DNA of 64,000 bases, from positions 576,001 to 640,000 of the forward strand of contig CAXWPJ010000009.1 of NCBI GenBank assembly GCA_963664115.2, read 5' to 3'. This document shows positions 1 to 9,379 of the stretch, one piece after another. This DNA is from Terriglobia bacterium (GTDB lineage: Bacteria; Acidobacteriota; Terriglobia; 20CM-2-55-15). The position numbers and the translations under genes were made by a program. The notes under the pieces are model-generated. The model had not been told where the DNA came from and did no database searches. It saw nothing but the letters and a program-made list of their open reading frames with translations. Every line of letters starts with the position of its first letter. Position 1 is the stretch's first letter.

Positions 1-692
1 ATGCCTTTATAAAAACGCGCCAGACCCTGCACGAACGGCGCCTGAACACATTTTCCGGGTTCTTCGAAACAAGCAACATCTATCAAGATGATCAAAATGC
101 CACGATCGTCCCTCAGATAGGAATACAGGCCGCGCATGGAGTCGCCAAGATAGAAGAAAGGCCCCTGCATGGCGGCTGCCATGTACGCGAGTTTCTTATC
201 CCGGTAGTTCTTTTCAACCGCATTCAGACCTTCAGTATGATTCGTGAGACAACCAGTCGAAATCGATCGCGCGCCAAGCGCTATAGCCGGCATAACAAGA
301 CGCCCATAGTGACCCGTGTACAGTATGACCGGCTCGTTCTTCGACCGTGCCCGCTCTAAGTGTTCCAGGCCTCGGAAGCGAATGAAGTTCTCGTAATTTG
401 AGACATTGATCCTTCGATAAAAGAAGCTGTCCAGGATCTCTCGCTCTCGGAGACCATAGTAATACTGCACTTGCCGCTCGGCATCGACGCTGTGCGCATC
501 ACAAGACAGCGCATTGCTAATTATGGACGTCAGATAGCGGCGTGGCTTCCTGTCTGCCGCAAAAACGCAACGGCCGTAGAGAGTCACCACTCTGTATCCG
601 ACGCCACACGGCAGCAAGGACAGCAACGGCAACACGACGTGGTATTTCAACCACAACCCCACCACGAAAATGCCAGCGAATAGCTTCTTCAT
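1..692 (-). CDS. Lysophospholipid/lipid A-type acyltransferase (partial, runs off window start)
   Basis: Not in ORF track; hand translation from ATG at 692: MKKLFAGIFVVGLWL...FRGLEHLERARSKNEPVILYTGHYGR, matching the LPLAT 'GlEhL...vIl.t.H.G' block; open to position 1. Confidence 0.7.
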   Translation of the reverse strand, partial: MKKLFAGIFVVGLWLKYHVVLPLLSLLPCGVGYRVVTLYGRCVFAADRKPRRYLTSIISNALSCDAHSVDAERQVQYYYGLREREILDSFFYRRINVSNYENFIRFRGLEHLERARSKNEPVILYTGHYGRLVMPAIALGARSISTGCLTNHTEGLNAVEKNYRDKKLAYMAAAMQGPFFYLGDSMRGLYSYLRDDRGILIILIDVACFEEPGKCVQAPFVQGLARFYKG

Positions 693-696
693 TTTC

Positions 697-1947
697 CTAG
701 CTTTTCCACTCGTGTGGAATATACACACTACCCAATTCGCGCCCGGCATTGCGCACAGTGAAAGGATGTACGTATTCCGCCTGGTCATAGACGTGCAGTC
801 CTGTCTCGTCCAGGACGAACACACTGATGAGATAGTCTCCCGAAAGAATTGGGAGCCGGGGGATCGACAGAATGAGTTCATCCTTAGTTTCGCCTGACAG
901 GTGTGCGGGATGTTCCTCGAAATGCGTGCCGGTGCCAAAAATCCGTTCACGGTCGCTGCGGTAAATGATGACACCCACATGATACGTAGTGTGGCTATCG
1001 AAGAACTTCAGCCGGACTCTGATAGCCATGTCCGAAAACGACTTGAACTTCTCACTGGGAATTCCCTCCTCATCCAGCAGGTCGATTTCCCGGATTCGCA
1101 CCGGCGTAAAGGTTTGCTGTCCCGGCGCTGTTTCAGGCACAACCATTTCCTTCTCAGCTTCCTTCTCAGCTTCCTTCTCAGCTTTACCTCCCTTTACCTT
1201 CATCTGGCCCTTGCTTTTTTTCTGTTCGTAACTCTCATAGCGCGCCACAACCTCTTCGGTTTCCCCCATCGCCATGACCTGACCCCGGTGCAACCAAACA
1301 ACCCGACTGCATAAGGCTCGGATCTGGTAGAGATTGTGCGAGCAAAACAAGACGGTCTTTCCGCCATCACAAAAACTCATGATCCGATCGAGACTCTTTT
1401 TCTGAAAATGCATATCGCCAACCGACAACGCCTCATCGATTACGAGCACGTCGGGACTAACGTTGGTTGCGACAGCAAACGCCAGACGCATGAACATACC
1501 TGTAGAATATGTCTTGACCGGACGGTTCAAGACATCGTCGGACAACTCCGAAAATGCGGCCGTCTGTTGGAAGTAGTTGTCCATGTCTTTGGGCCCCACA
1601 CCATTGAGTGCTCCCAAGAGGTATACGTTCTGCCGTCCCGTTTCGGCCGGATGAAACCCAGTACCCAGTTCCAGGAGAGCAGCCACCCTGCCATGAACGG
1701 CGACCGCTCCCTGGGTAGGAATACTGGTTCCCGCCACCAGCTTGAGCAAAGTGCTTTTGCCGGCACCGTTCTCTCCAATGACGCCGAAGGTTTCACCGTC
1801 CTGAATGGAAAGGCTCACACCCTCGAGAGCGCGGTGGACCACAAATCTTGAATTTCGACTGAAGAGGTCCCACAGACGGTCCGCGGGCCGTTCATACGAG
1901 CGGTACGCTTTAGCGACTTCAGTCAGTTGTACGGCAGGCGCCAACAA
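697..1947 (-). CDS. wzt: Polysaccharide ABC transporter ATP-binding subunit with Wzt C-terminal domain
   Basis: Walker A GENGAGKST, signature YSTGMFMRLAFA, DEALSVGD; TTG start near 1947 inferred from a GGAGG site. Confidence 0.88.
   Translation of the reverse strand: MLAPAVQLTEVAKAYRSYERPADRLWDLFSRNSRFVVHRALEGVSLSIQDGETFGVIGENGAGKSTLLKLVAGTSIPTQGAVAVHGRVAALLELGTGFHPAETGRQNVYLLGALNGVGPKDMDNYFQQTAAFSELSDDVLNRPVKTYSTGMFMRLAFAVATNVSPDVLVIDEALSVGDMHFQKKSLDRIMSFCDGGKTVLFCSHNLYQIRALCSRVVWLHRGQVMAMGETEEVVARYESYEQKKSKGQMKVKGGKAEKEAEKEAEKEMVVPETAPGQQTFTPVRIREIDLLDEEGIPSEKFKSFSDMAIRVRLKFFDSHTTYHVGVIIYRSDRERIFGTGTHFEEHPAHLSGETKDELILSIPRLPILSGDYLISVFVLDETGLHVYDQAEYVHPFTVRNAGRELGSVYIPHEWKS
1147..1182. repeat. 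Perfect 3x12 bp tandem repeat (TTCCTTCTCAGC) encoding AEKE x3 in the Wzt linker
   Basis: Read directly. Confidence 0.95.
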
Positions 1948-1964
1948 TGGATTCCTCCGCGCCA

Positions 1965-2744
1965 CTAGAAATAATCCTCCACCGAAGGTTGGATCAGGCG
2001 GAACAGGAACACGCCACCAAAGCCCAACAGGAGAACCCAAAACGCCAGGAGCCACAGGCTTTGCACGTTGATATCGAAACCGAGCAACGCGGCATGATAC
2101 AGATCGATCAGCGGGTAGGCTGGATTCAGCAATGGAATCCAACTCATAGCTTCAGGAATCATCGTGCTGGGGTAGACGATTGGCGTACAGTAAAACAGTA
2201 GTTGGGTCACCAGCGGGAGCACCTGCAATACGTCCCGTAAATGTACGCTCAGCACGGCGAGAGTCAATCCCGCACCCAGCACAACAAAAACCTGTGCAAG
2301 CAGCAGCACGGGCAGAAGATACAAACCGGAGATCTCCAGCTGACCCGTGACAAGTAACAGCAGCATGAGTAATCCCATACCGACAAACTGTTGCAACAAA
2401 CTGGTAACCACAACAGTAGCCGGAAATATCGCCAATGGGACAACGGTTTTCTTGATGAACTCCTCCTGCTCTACCAGCGCGCCCGCGGAACGGTTCAGTC
2501 CCTCAGCCACGCTCATCCAAGGTATTAAGCCGGCCAAAAGATAAAAGAAAAAACCCAGATCCCCCGGTAGCTCTTCAATACGCACCCTGAGAATGAGGGA
2601 AAACACGAAGTAATACAGGACGATGTTAAACAACGGGGTAACGACCGACCACGCCAAGCCACCCATGGAACCAAGGTAGCGCCCACGCAAATCGCGCTGG
2701 ATCCACATGAGAAAAAAATGCTGTCTGCCTTTCAGTTCGCGCAT
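1965..2744 (-). CDS. wzm: Polysaccharide ABC transporter permease
   Basis: RDLRGRYLGSMGGLAWSVVTP and FYCTPIVYP motifs; several TM segments; adjacent to wzt. Confidence 0.88.
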   Translation of the reverse strand: MRELKGRQHFFLMWIQRDLRGRYLGSMGGLAWSVVTPLFNIVLYYFVFSLILRVRIEELPGDLGFFFYLLAGLIPWMSVAEGLNRSAGALVEQEEFIKKTVVPLAIFPATVVVTSLLQQFVGMGLLMLLLLVTGQLEISGLYLLPVLLLAQVFVVLGAGLTLAVLSVHLRDVLQVLPLVTQLLFYCTPIVYPSTMIPEAMSWIPLLNPAYPLIDLYHAALLGFDINVQSLWLLAFWVLLLGFGGVFLFRLIQPSVEDYF

Positions 2745-2878
2745 GGAATGAGGGATGTTGACTCCGCGTGATCGCCGGCAAGCGGCAGGAGCACATTGTA
2801 GAAAGCCGGCGCGTCAGATTACGGATCCCCGTATTCGAGGCCTGGCAGTCCGTGGCGGCTCACATCCGACACAGGAAA

Positions 2879-4903
2879 TCACCCGATGATTTCTTGGATT
2901 TCTTTCAGCTTCTGTTTCAGTTCTTCGGTTGCCTGATCGGCCTCCTCGGTGTCTCTAATGACATGAGGGGTGATCAGAATGATCAGCTCAGTCCGAGTTG
3001 TGCTGTTACTGGTACTTCCAAACAAAGCGCCCAATACAGGAATCCTTCCGATCAATGGCACTCGACTCTCGACCTGTTGACGGCTCTCACGGATAAAGCC
3101 GCCGAGGGCGATCGTCTGACCATCCTGGACAACAATGGTTGACTCCACCGACGATTTACCGATTACGGGAGCCACGATGCCCGAGGTTGTGTTCGCACTC
3201 GCTTGACTGACTTCCTGGGATATCGAGAGCGTAACCCGTCCGCTTTCTGTGATCTGTGGAAGAACACTCATAATCACGCCGGTCGTACGGAATTGGATCG
3301 TTTGAGCAAATGCGAAAATGTCTGTGCTGCCAGCGTTAGGATTAACCGCCGAGGTCGTAGGCACCGGAATATCTGCTCCGACTTCAAAAGTGGCCACCAT
3401 GTTGTCGCTGACAAGAACCGAGGGCGCTGAAATAGTACGCACGCGGGAACGATTCTCGGAAGCATTTAGAAATGCCAAAAGTTCCCTCGACCGGCCTACA
3501 AATGCGAAGGTCTGGGCACCGAGCAAACCGCCATTTGTAAACGACGCAGTGGTCTGTGGGTTGGCCAGCGTGCCTCGATTCTGAAGCGTTGCCGACAGGC
3601 CAAAAGAGAGCGAGTCGTCCAGAACGACTTCGTATATTTGCGCGTCGATCAACACCTGTCGGGCCAGAACATCCAACTGACTGAGCGTCCGTTCGATCTC
3701 GGCATATTCCTGAGGAGTCGCCTGGATTATCAGAGAATTCGTAATGGGATCGGCCACGATTCGAATGTTCTGCTCTAAAAATGTCGAATCGAAAGACGGC
3801 ACGGGTTGGACCGTGCCGTCAGGTAAACCAATCTGTCCCGGGCCTGTTCCCGGCAGAGCTGCGGGGATCGGTGCGGCGACCGGATTGCGGCCGTAGAGTT
3901 GGGCCAGAACTCTCTGGAGGTCTGCGGCCTTGGAGTTTCTGACTCTATAGACGAAAACCTGAACGCCACCGCTTTGCAGCGGCTGATCCAATCGCAGCAA
4001 CCATTCTTCCACTTCCGGAAAAACTGAGGCATTGGGCGTTACGACGAGAATAGAGTTGAGACGTTCAATCGGAACGAAGCGAATGGCCGTCGTTTCGCCC
4101 GAGAGGGCATAGCCAGCAAAAATCGATCTCAAATCCGGAATGAGATCGCTGGGAAAGGCGTTCTCCACAGCGAACATGCGGACACGTTCGCCTTCGAACG
4201 CGCCCGCATCAAAGATATCCACGATATCCAGCAGCTTTCTAAGGTTGCCCCGGCGTTCGCTGACCAGCAAGATGTTGCCCGAATCGTAAACGACGATGTT
4301 TCCGGCGTCGCTGAGGTATGGCGTCAACAGCTGCGACATCTCGGTCGCCGCCACGTACCGCATACGGACAACCTGGATGACGATTCGATCATCGGGCGCC
4401 ACCTGCTGGAACACATCGTTCTGGAGAGGCACCGGCTCCCGAACAGCCGTATTGGCAGGAACAATCTGGTAGAAGTTCCCCGTCTGGATCATCGTGGCCC
4501 CGTTGATCTTCAGGATCGTTTCCAGAAGCGGCAGGAGATCCGATGTTCGCAGCGTATCGGAAGTGCTGATGTTCACCGTTCCCTGGACGGCGGGGTCGAT
4601 CACGTAGTTCAATGCCAGCGCGTCGCCAATGATACGGATGACCTGGTAGATGTCGGCATTGTCGAGAATGAGTGAAATCGGCGCGTCAGAATCGTCGGCC
4701 TCTTCTTGCTCGACAGCAGCCGCCGCTGGAACCGCGTCTGCCTGGACTTCTGTCGGAGCTTCTATCTGAACCGGAACCGGCCCAAACGGTGTCTGAATGA
4801 CGGCCCCATCCTGCTCTGGGTCGACGGGCACTTCCTGGGCTATGATCGGCGCCGCACAGAGGAAGCCAAACCACAATATTGCTTTGGATATTCGAATGTT
4901 CAT
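2879..4903 (-). CDS. gspD: Type II secretion secretin
   Basis: Signal peptide, N-domains, QVLIDAQIYEV, VPLIGRIPVLGALF, RTELIILITPHVI; ATG overlaps upstream TGA. Confidence 0.92.
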   Translation of the reverse strand: MNIRISKAILWFGFLCAAPIIAQEVPVDPEQDGAVIQTPFGPVPVQIEAPTEVQADAVPAAAAVEQEEADDSDAPISLILDNADIYQVIRIIGDALALNYVIDPAVQGTVNISTSDTLRTSDLLPLLETILKINGATMIQTGNFYQIVPANTAVREPVPLQNDVFQQVAPDDRIVIQVVRMRYVAATEMSQLLTPYLSDAGNIVVYDSGNILLVSERRGNLRKLLDIVDIFDAGAFEGERVRMFAVENAFPSDLIPDLRSIFAGYALSGETTAIRFVPIERLNSILVVTPNASVFPEVEEWLLRLDQPLQSGGVQVFVYRVRNSKAADLQRVLAQLYGRNPVAAPIPAALPGTGPGQIGLPDGTVQPVPSFDSTFLEQNIRIVADPITNSLIIQATPQEYAEIERTLSQLDVLARQVLIDAQIYEVVLDDSLSFGLSATLQNRGTLANPQTTASFTNGGLLGAQTFAFVGRSRELLAFLNASENRSRVRTISAPSVLVSDNMVATFEVGADIPVPTTSAVNPNAGSTDIFAFAQTIQFRTTGVIMSVLPQITESGRVTLSISQEVSQASANTTSGIVAPVIGKSSVESTIVVQDGQTIALGGFIRESRQQVESRVPLIGRIPVLGALFGSTSNSTTRTELIILITPHVIRDTEEADQATEELKQKLKEIQEIIG

Positions 4904-5640
4904 CAATCTTGTACCTGAAACCTTCCCCATGGGGTCACGACGATTCGCGTACCGGGTGCTGGCTCGTCGTTCGGACCCAGCCGCACAGGCGCTGTCGTTA
5001 TTCGAGGCACAGCCGTAGCTGGCGCCACCGTGGCTGAGGCCGTCGGGGCCAATACCGCCGATGTCTCAGCCTCGACAGGTTCTGAAGCCACGACGACGGG
5101 TTCATTCGAGCGTGCTCTATTGGTCGCTCTCACCGTTTCCCGGGGGATGGACGCGGAAGGATCGTTCATGATGAGGGTTTGCTGGACCGCATTGGCTTCG
5201 ACCACAACCGATTTGCCCTGAATCTCGACCAATCGCCATCCATCAACACTCTCACCCACACGGATAGGCTGGTAGGACCGGGCATTACCGGCGCCGGCCG
5301 GCGCCAGCATCGCCATCAAATCGCCACCGAGCGACATCGTCCCTACCAAGAGCGGCTTGTCACCCACTACAACGGGGCCCGCGTCGGGAAGATACGCGAC
5401 GTCGGACCGGTCGAAGCTGAAAGGATTCATCAACGCCACCTCATCCCAACCATTGGATGGAACTTCGGAAAGCGGCTCCGCCAGAGAGTCCAAGTCAAAC
5501 GCTTCGGCCTCAGGCTGAACGGTTGCAACCGTGTGCGTCATCTCAAACGTCTGCCAATCACGGTAGGCTGTCCAGGCCCCACCGGCCAGCAGCAACGCGA
5601 GAGTCAGGTTCAACAAGAGAAATCGTTGCCAGATTTTCAT
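4903..5640 (-). CDS. GspC-like inner-membrane T2SS component
   Basis: N-terminal TM, NPF motif, 'VGESVDGWRLVEI' HR-domain-like segment; position before the secretin. Confidence 0.6.
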   Translation of the reverse strand: MKIWQRFLLLNLTLALLLAGGAWTAYRDWQTFEMTHTVATVQPEAEAFDLDSLAEPLSEVPSNGWDEVALMNPFSFDRSDVAYLPDAGPVVVGDKPLLVGTMSLGGDLMAMLAPAGAGNARSYQPIRVGESVDGWRLVEIQGKSVVVEANAVQQTLIMNDPSASIPRETVRATNRARSNEPVVVASEPVEAETSAVLAPTASATVAPATAVPRITTAPVRLGPNDEPAPGTRIVVTPWGRFQVQD

Positions 5641-6224
5641 AATGGATTGAGCACCAGGGCTCCTACGCTCAAGCTAACGCGGAGCGTCTTCTCTAGCTCT
5701 CCTTGGTCTGGAACTTCATGAACGACCTCGAGAGGACGAATTTCAATCGATCCAACGGTGAGGACCTTGGGCGCTACACGCAGGTCGGTGAGAAACTGGA
5801 CAAGCTGGTCCGGGGTCGCGTCGAACGATAAAGTCATCGTGGTTTCCCCAAAGTAATCGTCAAGTTGCCGCATCCCAACGATATTTCTCTGTTCGACTCC
5901 GATACCGGCCCCTTGGCTTGCTTCCTCGACAAGCGCTTGCAACTGGACTGAAGCCAGGCCTTCGCTTTCGGCTTGTATCCAGCGGCCGTCCAGTTCGGCT
6001 ACACGGTCGCGCGCCTCTGAGATAAGCTCGGTGTCGCGGGTCTGCCGTGACAACGCACGCCGGTATCTGCGGAGTTGATCTTCCTTGTCCACAGCCGCCT
6101 CGCTCGCTAAGGCCAAGCGATCATAGGCAGGGAAGACCAGCTCCGACATCGTCAGATACACTGCCAGTGCAAGGGTCAGGCCTATCAGGGCCCGCCGGTC
6201 GCGGTCTCGAATTTGAATCTTCAC
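5637..6224 (-). CDS. gspM: GspM/PilO-like T2SS protein
   Basis: RDRR + TM + coiled coil + ferredoxin-like C-terminus; operon context. Confidence 0.7.
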   Translation of the reverse strand: MKIQIRDRDRRALIGLTLALAVYLTMSELVFPAYDRLALASEAAVDKEDQLRRYRRALSRQTRDTELISEARDRVAELDGRWIQAESEGLASVQLQALVEEASQGAGIGVEQRNIVGMRQLDDYFGETTMTLSFDATPDQLVQFLTDLRVAPKVLTVGSIEIRPLEVVHEVPDQGELEKTLRVSLSVGALVLNPL

Positions 6225-7549
6225 CGGGACGCCTCTACCGAAGCCCTTATGACGAAGCGATCCTTACCTGAACCGTCCCGCACTAAGGGAGAAATGAACT
6301 CCACATCACCTAACTGGACGCTGTCTTCCAGCAACTGTTGTAACTCAGCCGGGCTCTCGGAAAATCCTGAAATCGTTACCGTATTCCCTTCGTAACTGTA
6401 GCTGGACAGAAACGTTGCTGCAGGCAGGGACCGAGCCAATTCGGCGAGTGCCTCCAGGTTAGTGTCCCGGCCGGCCAGGTGGGTTATCGCAACTTCATAT
6501 TGCTCGTTGAGTTGGTTTAACTCGTTTTCCATCGCACTCACTTCGCCGACCTCGGCAGCCAGTCTCTCAATCTCTGCATCCAAACGAGCTGCGTAAGCAA
6601 CGTTCTGATACCCATCCTGAAACACATACACGAATCCCAAGCCCAGCAAAAGGACAAGCAGCGCTCCCGTGGGTATCCATTGCAGCCAATTCTGGCGGTA
6701 TCTTAGCTCTTCAGGTACAAGGTTCGTCCTAAACGCAGTGGATTTCAATCCGACAAGCGCCGCAGCGAGCACACCAAAAACGCCGGGCCGTGGGGTGACC
6801 GTCGATTCGACGGGCAGACGAACAGGATCCCATGGAACTGAATCCGACGACGCCCCATGGACGAGGACACGGACATCTTCGGGGGAATCCAAACGGCCAA
6901 GGGCCACGATCCTCTGGATCGATTCCTGAGCCAAGCGAGTGGTTTCTTCCCCGCTGTTTCGAACGGCAACAAAGCGGGGACCCTCTACAAGCAAACCCTC
7001 TACAGCGCCGGGTTCGCATCCAAGCACTATCGTGGGACTCGCTGGCCAGAGCGTCGTGGCGGCATGGGCCCAGGCCAGAGGCGCCAGACACGCGCCTGAA
7101 AGCCGCAATCCCGCATTACTGAACAACTCCAACCACGGGTCTAGATTTGCTCGTGGGACAATCGTCACCGACACCGTTACAGAGCGGGCACCTTTGGGAC
7201 CTCGCTCGAAGCCGTAGTCCCAATAGATCTCATCGGAGGACCAGGGACACCAAGATTCCAGCTGCAAGCCAATAGCCTCTTTCAATTCCTCTATTCCTTC
7301 GACGGGGAATTCAACCTGACGCACCATGCCCAGGTCATGCGAAAGAGACAGGAAGATGTGTGAGGTCGGGATTCGGTGACGGCGCAACAGTGAAACGAGA
7401 GCTTCGCGCTTCTCTTCGCTGGAAAGTTCGCCAAAACCCTCTACATACCATTGATTTACAAGATGGATCGTGTTCCAGACACGCCGGACTACCGCAACCC
7501 GCAGGTCGCTTCCCGCCAGTTCGAATCCGGCGCTGGTCTTCAGAATCAT
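6221..7549 (-). CDS. gspL: GspL-like (PilM/PilN-type) T2SS protein
   Basis: Actin-like N-terminus, NLVPEE, TM, coiled coil, PilN-like C-terminus. Confidence 0.7.
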   Translation of the reverse strand: MILKTSAGFELAGSDLRVAVVRRVWNTIHLVNQWYVEGFGELSSEEKREALVSLLRRHRIPTSHIFLSLSHDLGMVRQVEFPVEGIEELKEAIGLQLESWCPWSSDEIYWDYGFERGPKGARSVTVSVTIVPRANLDPWLELFSNAGLRLSGACLAPLAWAHAATTLWPASPTIVLGCEPGAVEGLLVEGPRFVAVRNSGEETTRLAQESIQRIVALGRLDSPEDVRVLVHGASSDSVPWDPVRLPVESTVTPRPGVFGVLAAALVGLKSTAFRTNLVPEELRYRQNWLQWIPTGALLVLLLGLGFVYVFQDGYQNVAYAARLDAEIERLAAEVGEVSAMENELNQLNEQYEVAITHLAGRDTNLEALAELARSLPAATFLSSYSYEGNTVTISGFSESPAELQQLLEDSVQLGDVEFISPLVRDGSGKDRFVIRASVEASR

Positions 7550-7615
7550 ATCGGTACTTTCCTTCGAGCGAACGCGCCGCTTCCACTCTAAAGACGCGCC
7601 CCCATAGGAAAAAGA

Positions 7616-8077
7616 CTACTGCCAGTTCACAATATCGGCGTTCTCGTCCTCGCCGCCTTCCCCACCGTCAGCGCCCAAAGAAAGTATGTCGAAATCTCCG
7701 TGCTCTCCGGGGTACCTATAAAGATACGGACGGGCCCACGGATCGAGCGGCACATCTCTTCGAAGATACGGCCCGTCCCAATTTCCGAGCCCACCCGGGT
7801 TCAAACGCAAGACACTCAGGCCCTCCGACGCAGTCGGGTACCGCCCAACATCCAGACGGAAGAGATCCAACACACTCTCAAACTCTGCAATCTGGACCCG
7901 GGCCGTGGTCTGCCGGGCTTGATCGACTCTGCTGAACAACCGCGCTCCGACCAAGGTTGCAAACAGCGAAATGATAACCATCACAACGATCAACTCGATC
8001 AGCGTAATCCCTCGCTCAAAAGAGTTTGGAGAGGTGGGGTTTGGGGGCCGACGAGTTCGAGGCCGTCGATTCGCCAT
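7616..8077 (-). CDS. gspG: Major pseudopilin
   Basis: Prepilin site G/ITLIELIVV, GRYPT, WDGPYL, DPWARPY, SLGADG. Confidence 0.93.
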   Translation of the reverse strand: MANRRPRTRRPPNPTSPNSFERGITLIELIVVMVIISLFATLVGARLFSRVDQARQTTARVQIAEFESVLDLFRLDVGRYPTASEGLSVLRLNPGGLGNWDGPYLRRDVPLDPWARPYLYRYPGEHGDFDILSLGADGGEGGEDENADIVNWQ

Positions 8078-8151
8078 TTCACAAGCGTCGTAATATTCGA
8101 AGTCCTCCGTCTCCGATCTCCATCTCCAATTCCACATCGATTCGCTCCTGG

Positions 8152-9369
8152 TTAGAATGCTATGTCGTTGATGCTGAATATCGCTGTCAACATTGACAGT
8201 ACGACACCACCGATCAACACGCCCATGACAAGTATTATGGCGGGTTCAAAAACCGAAGTTAGCATTTTCACGGCCGACCGCACGTCTTTCTCATAAACTT
8301 CGGCAACCTGGATCAGCATCGTGTCCAGTCTGCCCGTCTCTTCGCCCACAGCGACCAGATGCACCGCCAAGCCGGGGAACAAGCCGGCATCGGTCATGGG
8401 CCCGGCGACACCCTCCCCACGTTTGGCGCCATCCGCGATGCGTGAGATCGCGTCAGCCAGAACTCTATTATTCGCTATCCCCTCGACGATGCGCACGGCC
8501 GCGATCAGCGGCACTCCGCTCCGGATCAAAGTTCCGAGCGTGCCTGCAAACCGCGCGACCTCCAATTTGAGAATCGTCGAACCTAACAATGGGATGCGCA
8601 ATTGAACTCGATCCCAGGTCCGCGCCCCCTCAGGCGACCGCAGAAAAGCGCGACCCGATATCACCGCCAGTCCGAGGGCGGCCAACACCAGCCACCAATA
8701 GGACCTTGAAAAATTGGCTATCGCAATCAGCACCAACGTTGAGGGCGGAATCTGGGCGCCTACGTCTTCGAAGATGCCCGCAAAACGAGGTATGACAAAG
8801 TAGAAAAGGATCGCAACCGAGCCCAGGCCGACTGTCGCCAAAAGGGCCGGATAGACCAGAGAAGCCGACACGTATGATCGCAGTTCGTCGGCAGAGCGCT
8901 CGAACTCGGTCAGTCTTTCGAGGATCACGTCGAGAATGCCGCCTGCTTCGCCCGCCCGAACCATATTCACATAAAGTTTCGAGAACTGCTTCGGGTGAGC
9001 CGAGAGCCCGTCGGCAAGCGAGCCACCGCCCTTGATTTGCTTCAAGACATCTTCTATGACCTTCCTCAGTGCCGGCTTAGCGGCCAGTTCGGCCGTGATC
9101 TCCAGACTCTTATCCAGCGGAAGCCCAGCTCGGACCAGCGTCGACAACTCTTCGGTGAAAAGCAGCATGTCCTTTCGGGTGATACGTCTAAGCTGCAGGC
9201 GATCGCGCGCCGGTCGGAGCGCTTTGTCACCGACGTCTGCCTCCACCGAAAGAGCAATCAGCCCCATTTCTTGGACGCTTGCGGCCGCCATCTGCGTATT
9301 GCTGGCTTCAACTCGGCCTGCTACCCGCTTGCCCTCCCGACTGACAGCTCTGTAGATAAATATCCCCAC
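8152..9369 (-). CDS. gspF: T2SS inner-membrane platform protein
   Basis: Two T2SSF repeats: YVNMVRAGEAGG and VGEETGRLD...EP. Confidence 0.92.
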   Translation of the reverse strand: MGIFIYRAVSREGKRVAGRVEASNTQMAAASVQEMGLIALSVEADVGDKALRPARDRLQLRRITRKDMLLFTEELSTLVRAGLPLDKSLEITAELAAKPALRKVIEDVLKQIKGGGSLADGLSAHPKQFSKLYVNMVRAGEAGGILDVILERLTEFERSADELRSYVSASLVYPALLATVGLGSVAILFYFVIPRFAGIFEDVGAQIPPSTLVLIAIANFSRSYWWLVLAALGLAVISGRAFLRSPEGARTWDRVQLRIPLLGSTILKLEVARFAGTLGTLIRSGVPLIAAVRIVEGIANNRVLADAISRIADGAKRGEGVAGPMTDAGLFPGLAVHLVAVGEETGRLDTMLIQVAEVYEKDVRSAVKMLTSVFEPAIILVMGVLIGGVVLSMLTAIFSINDIAF

Positions 9370-9379
9370 TTCGATCCTC

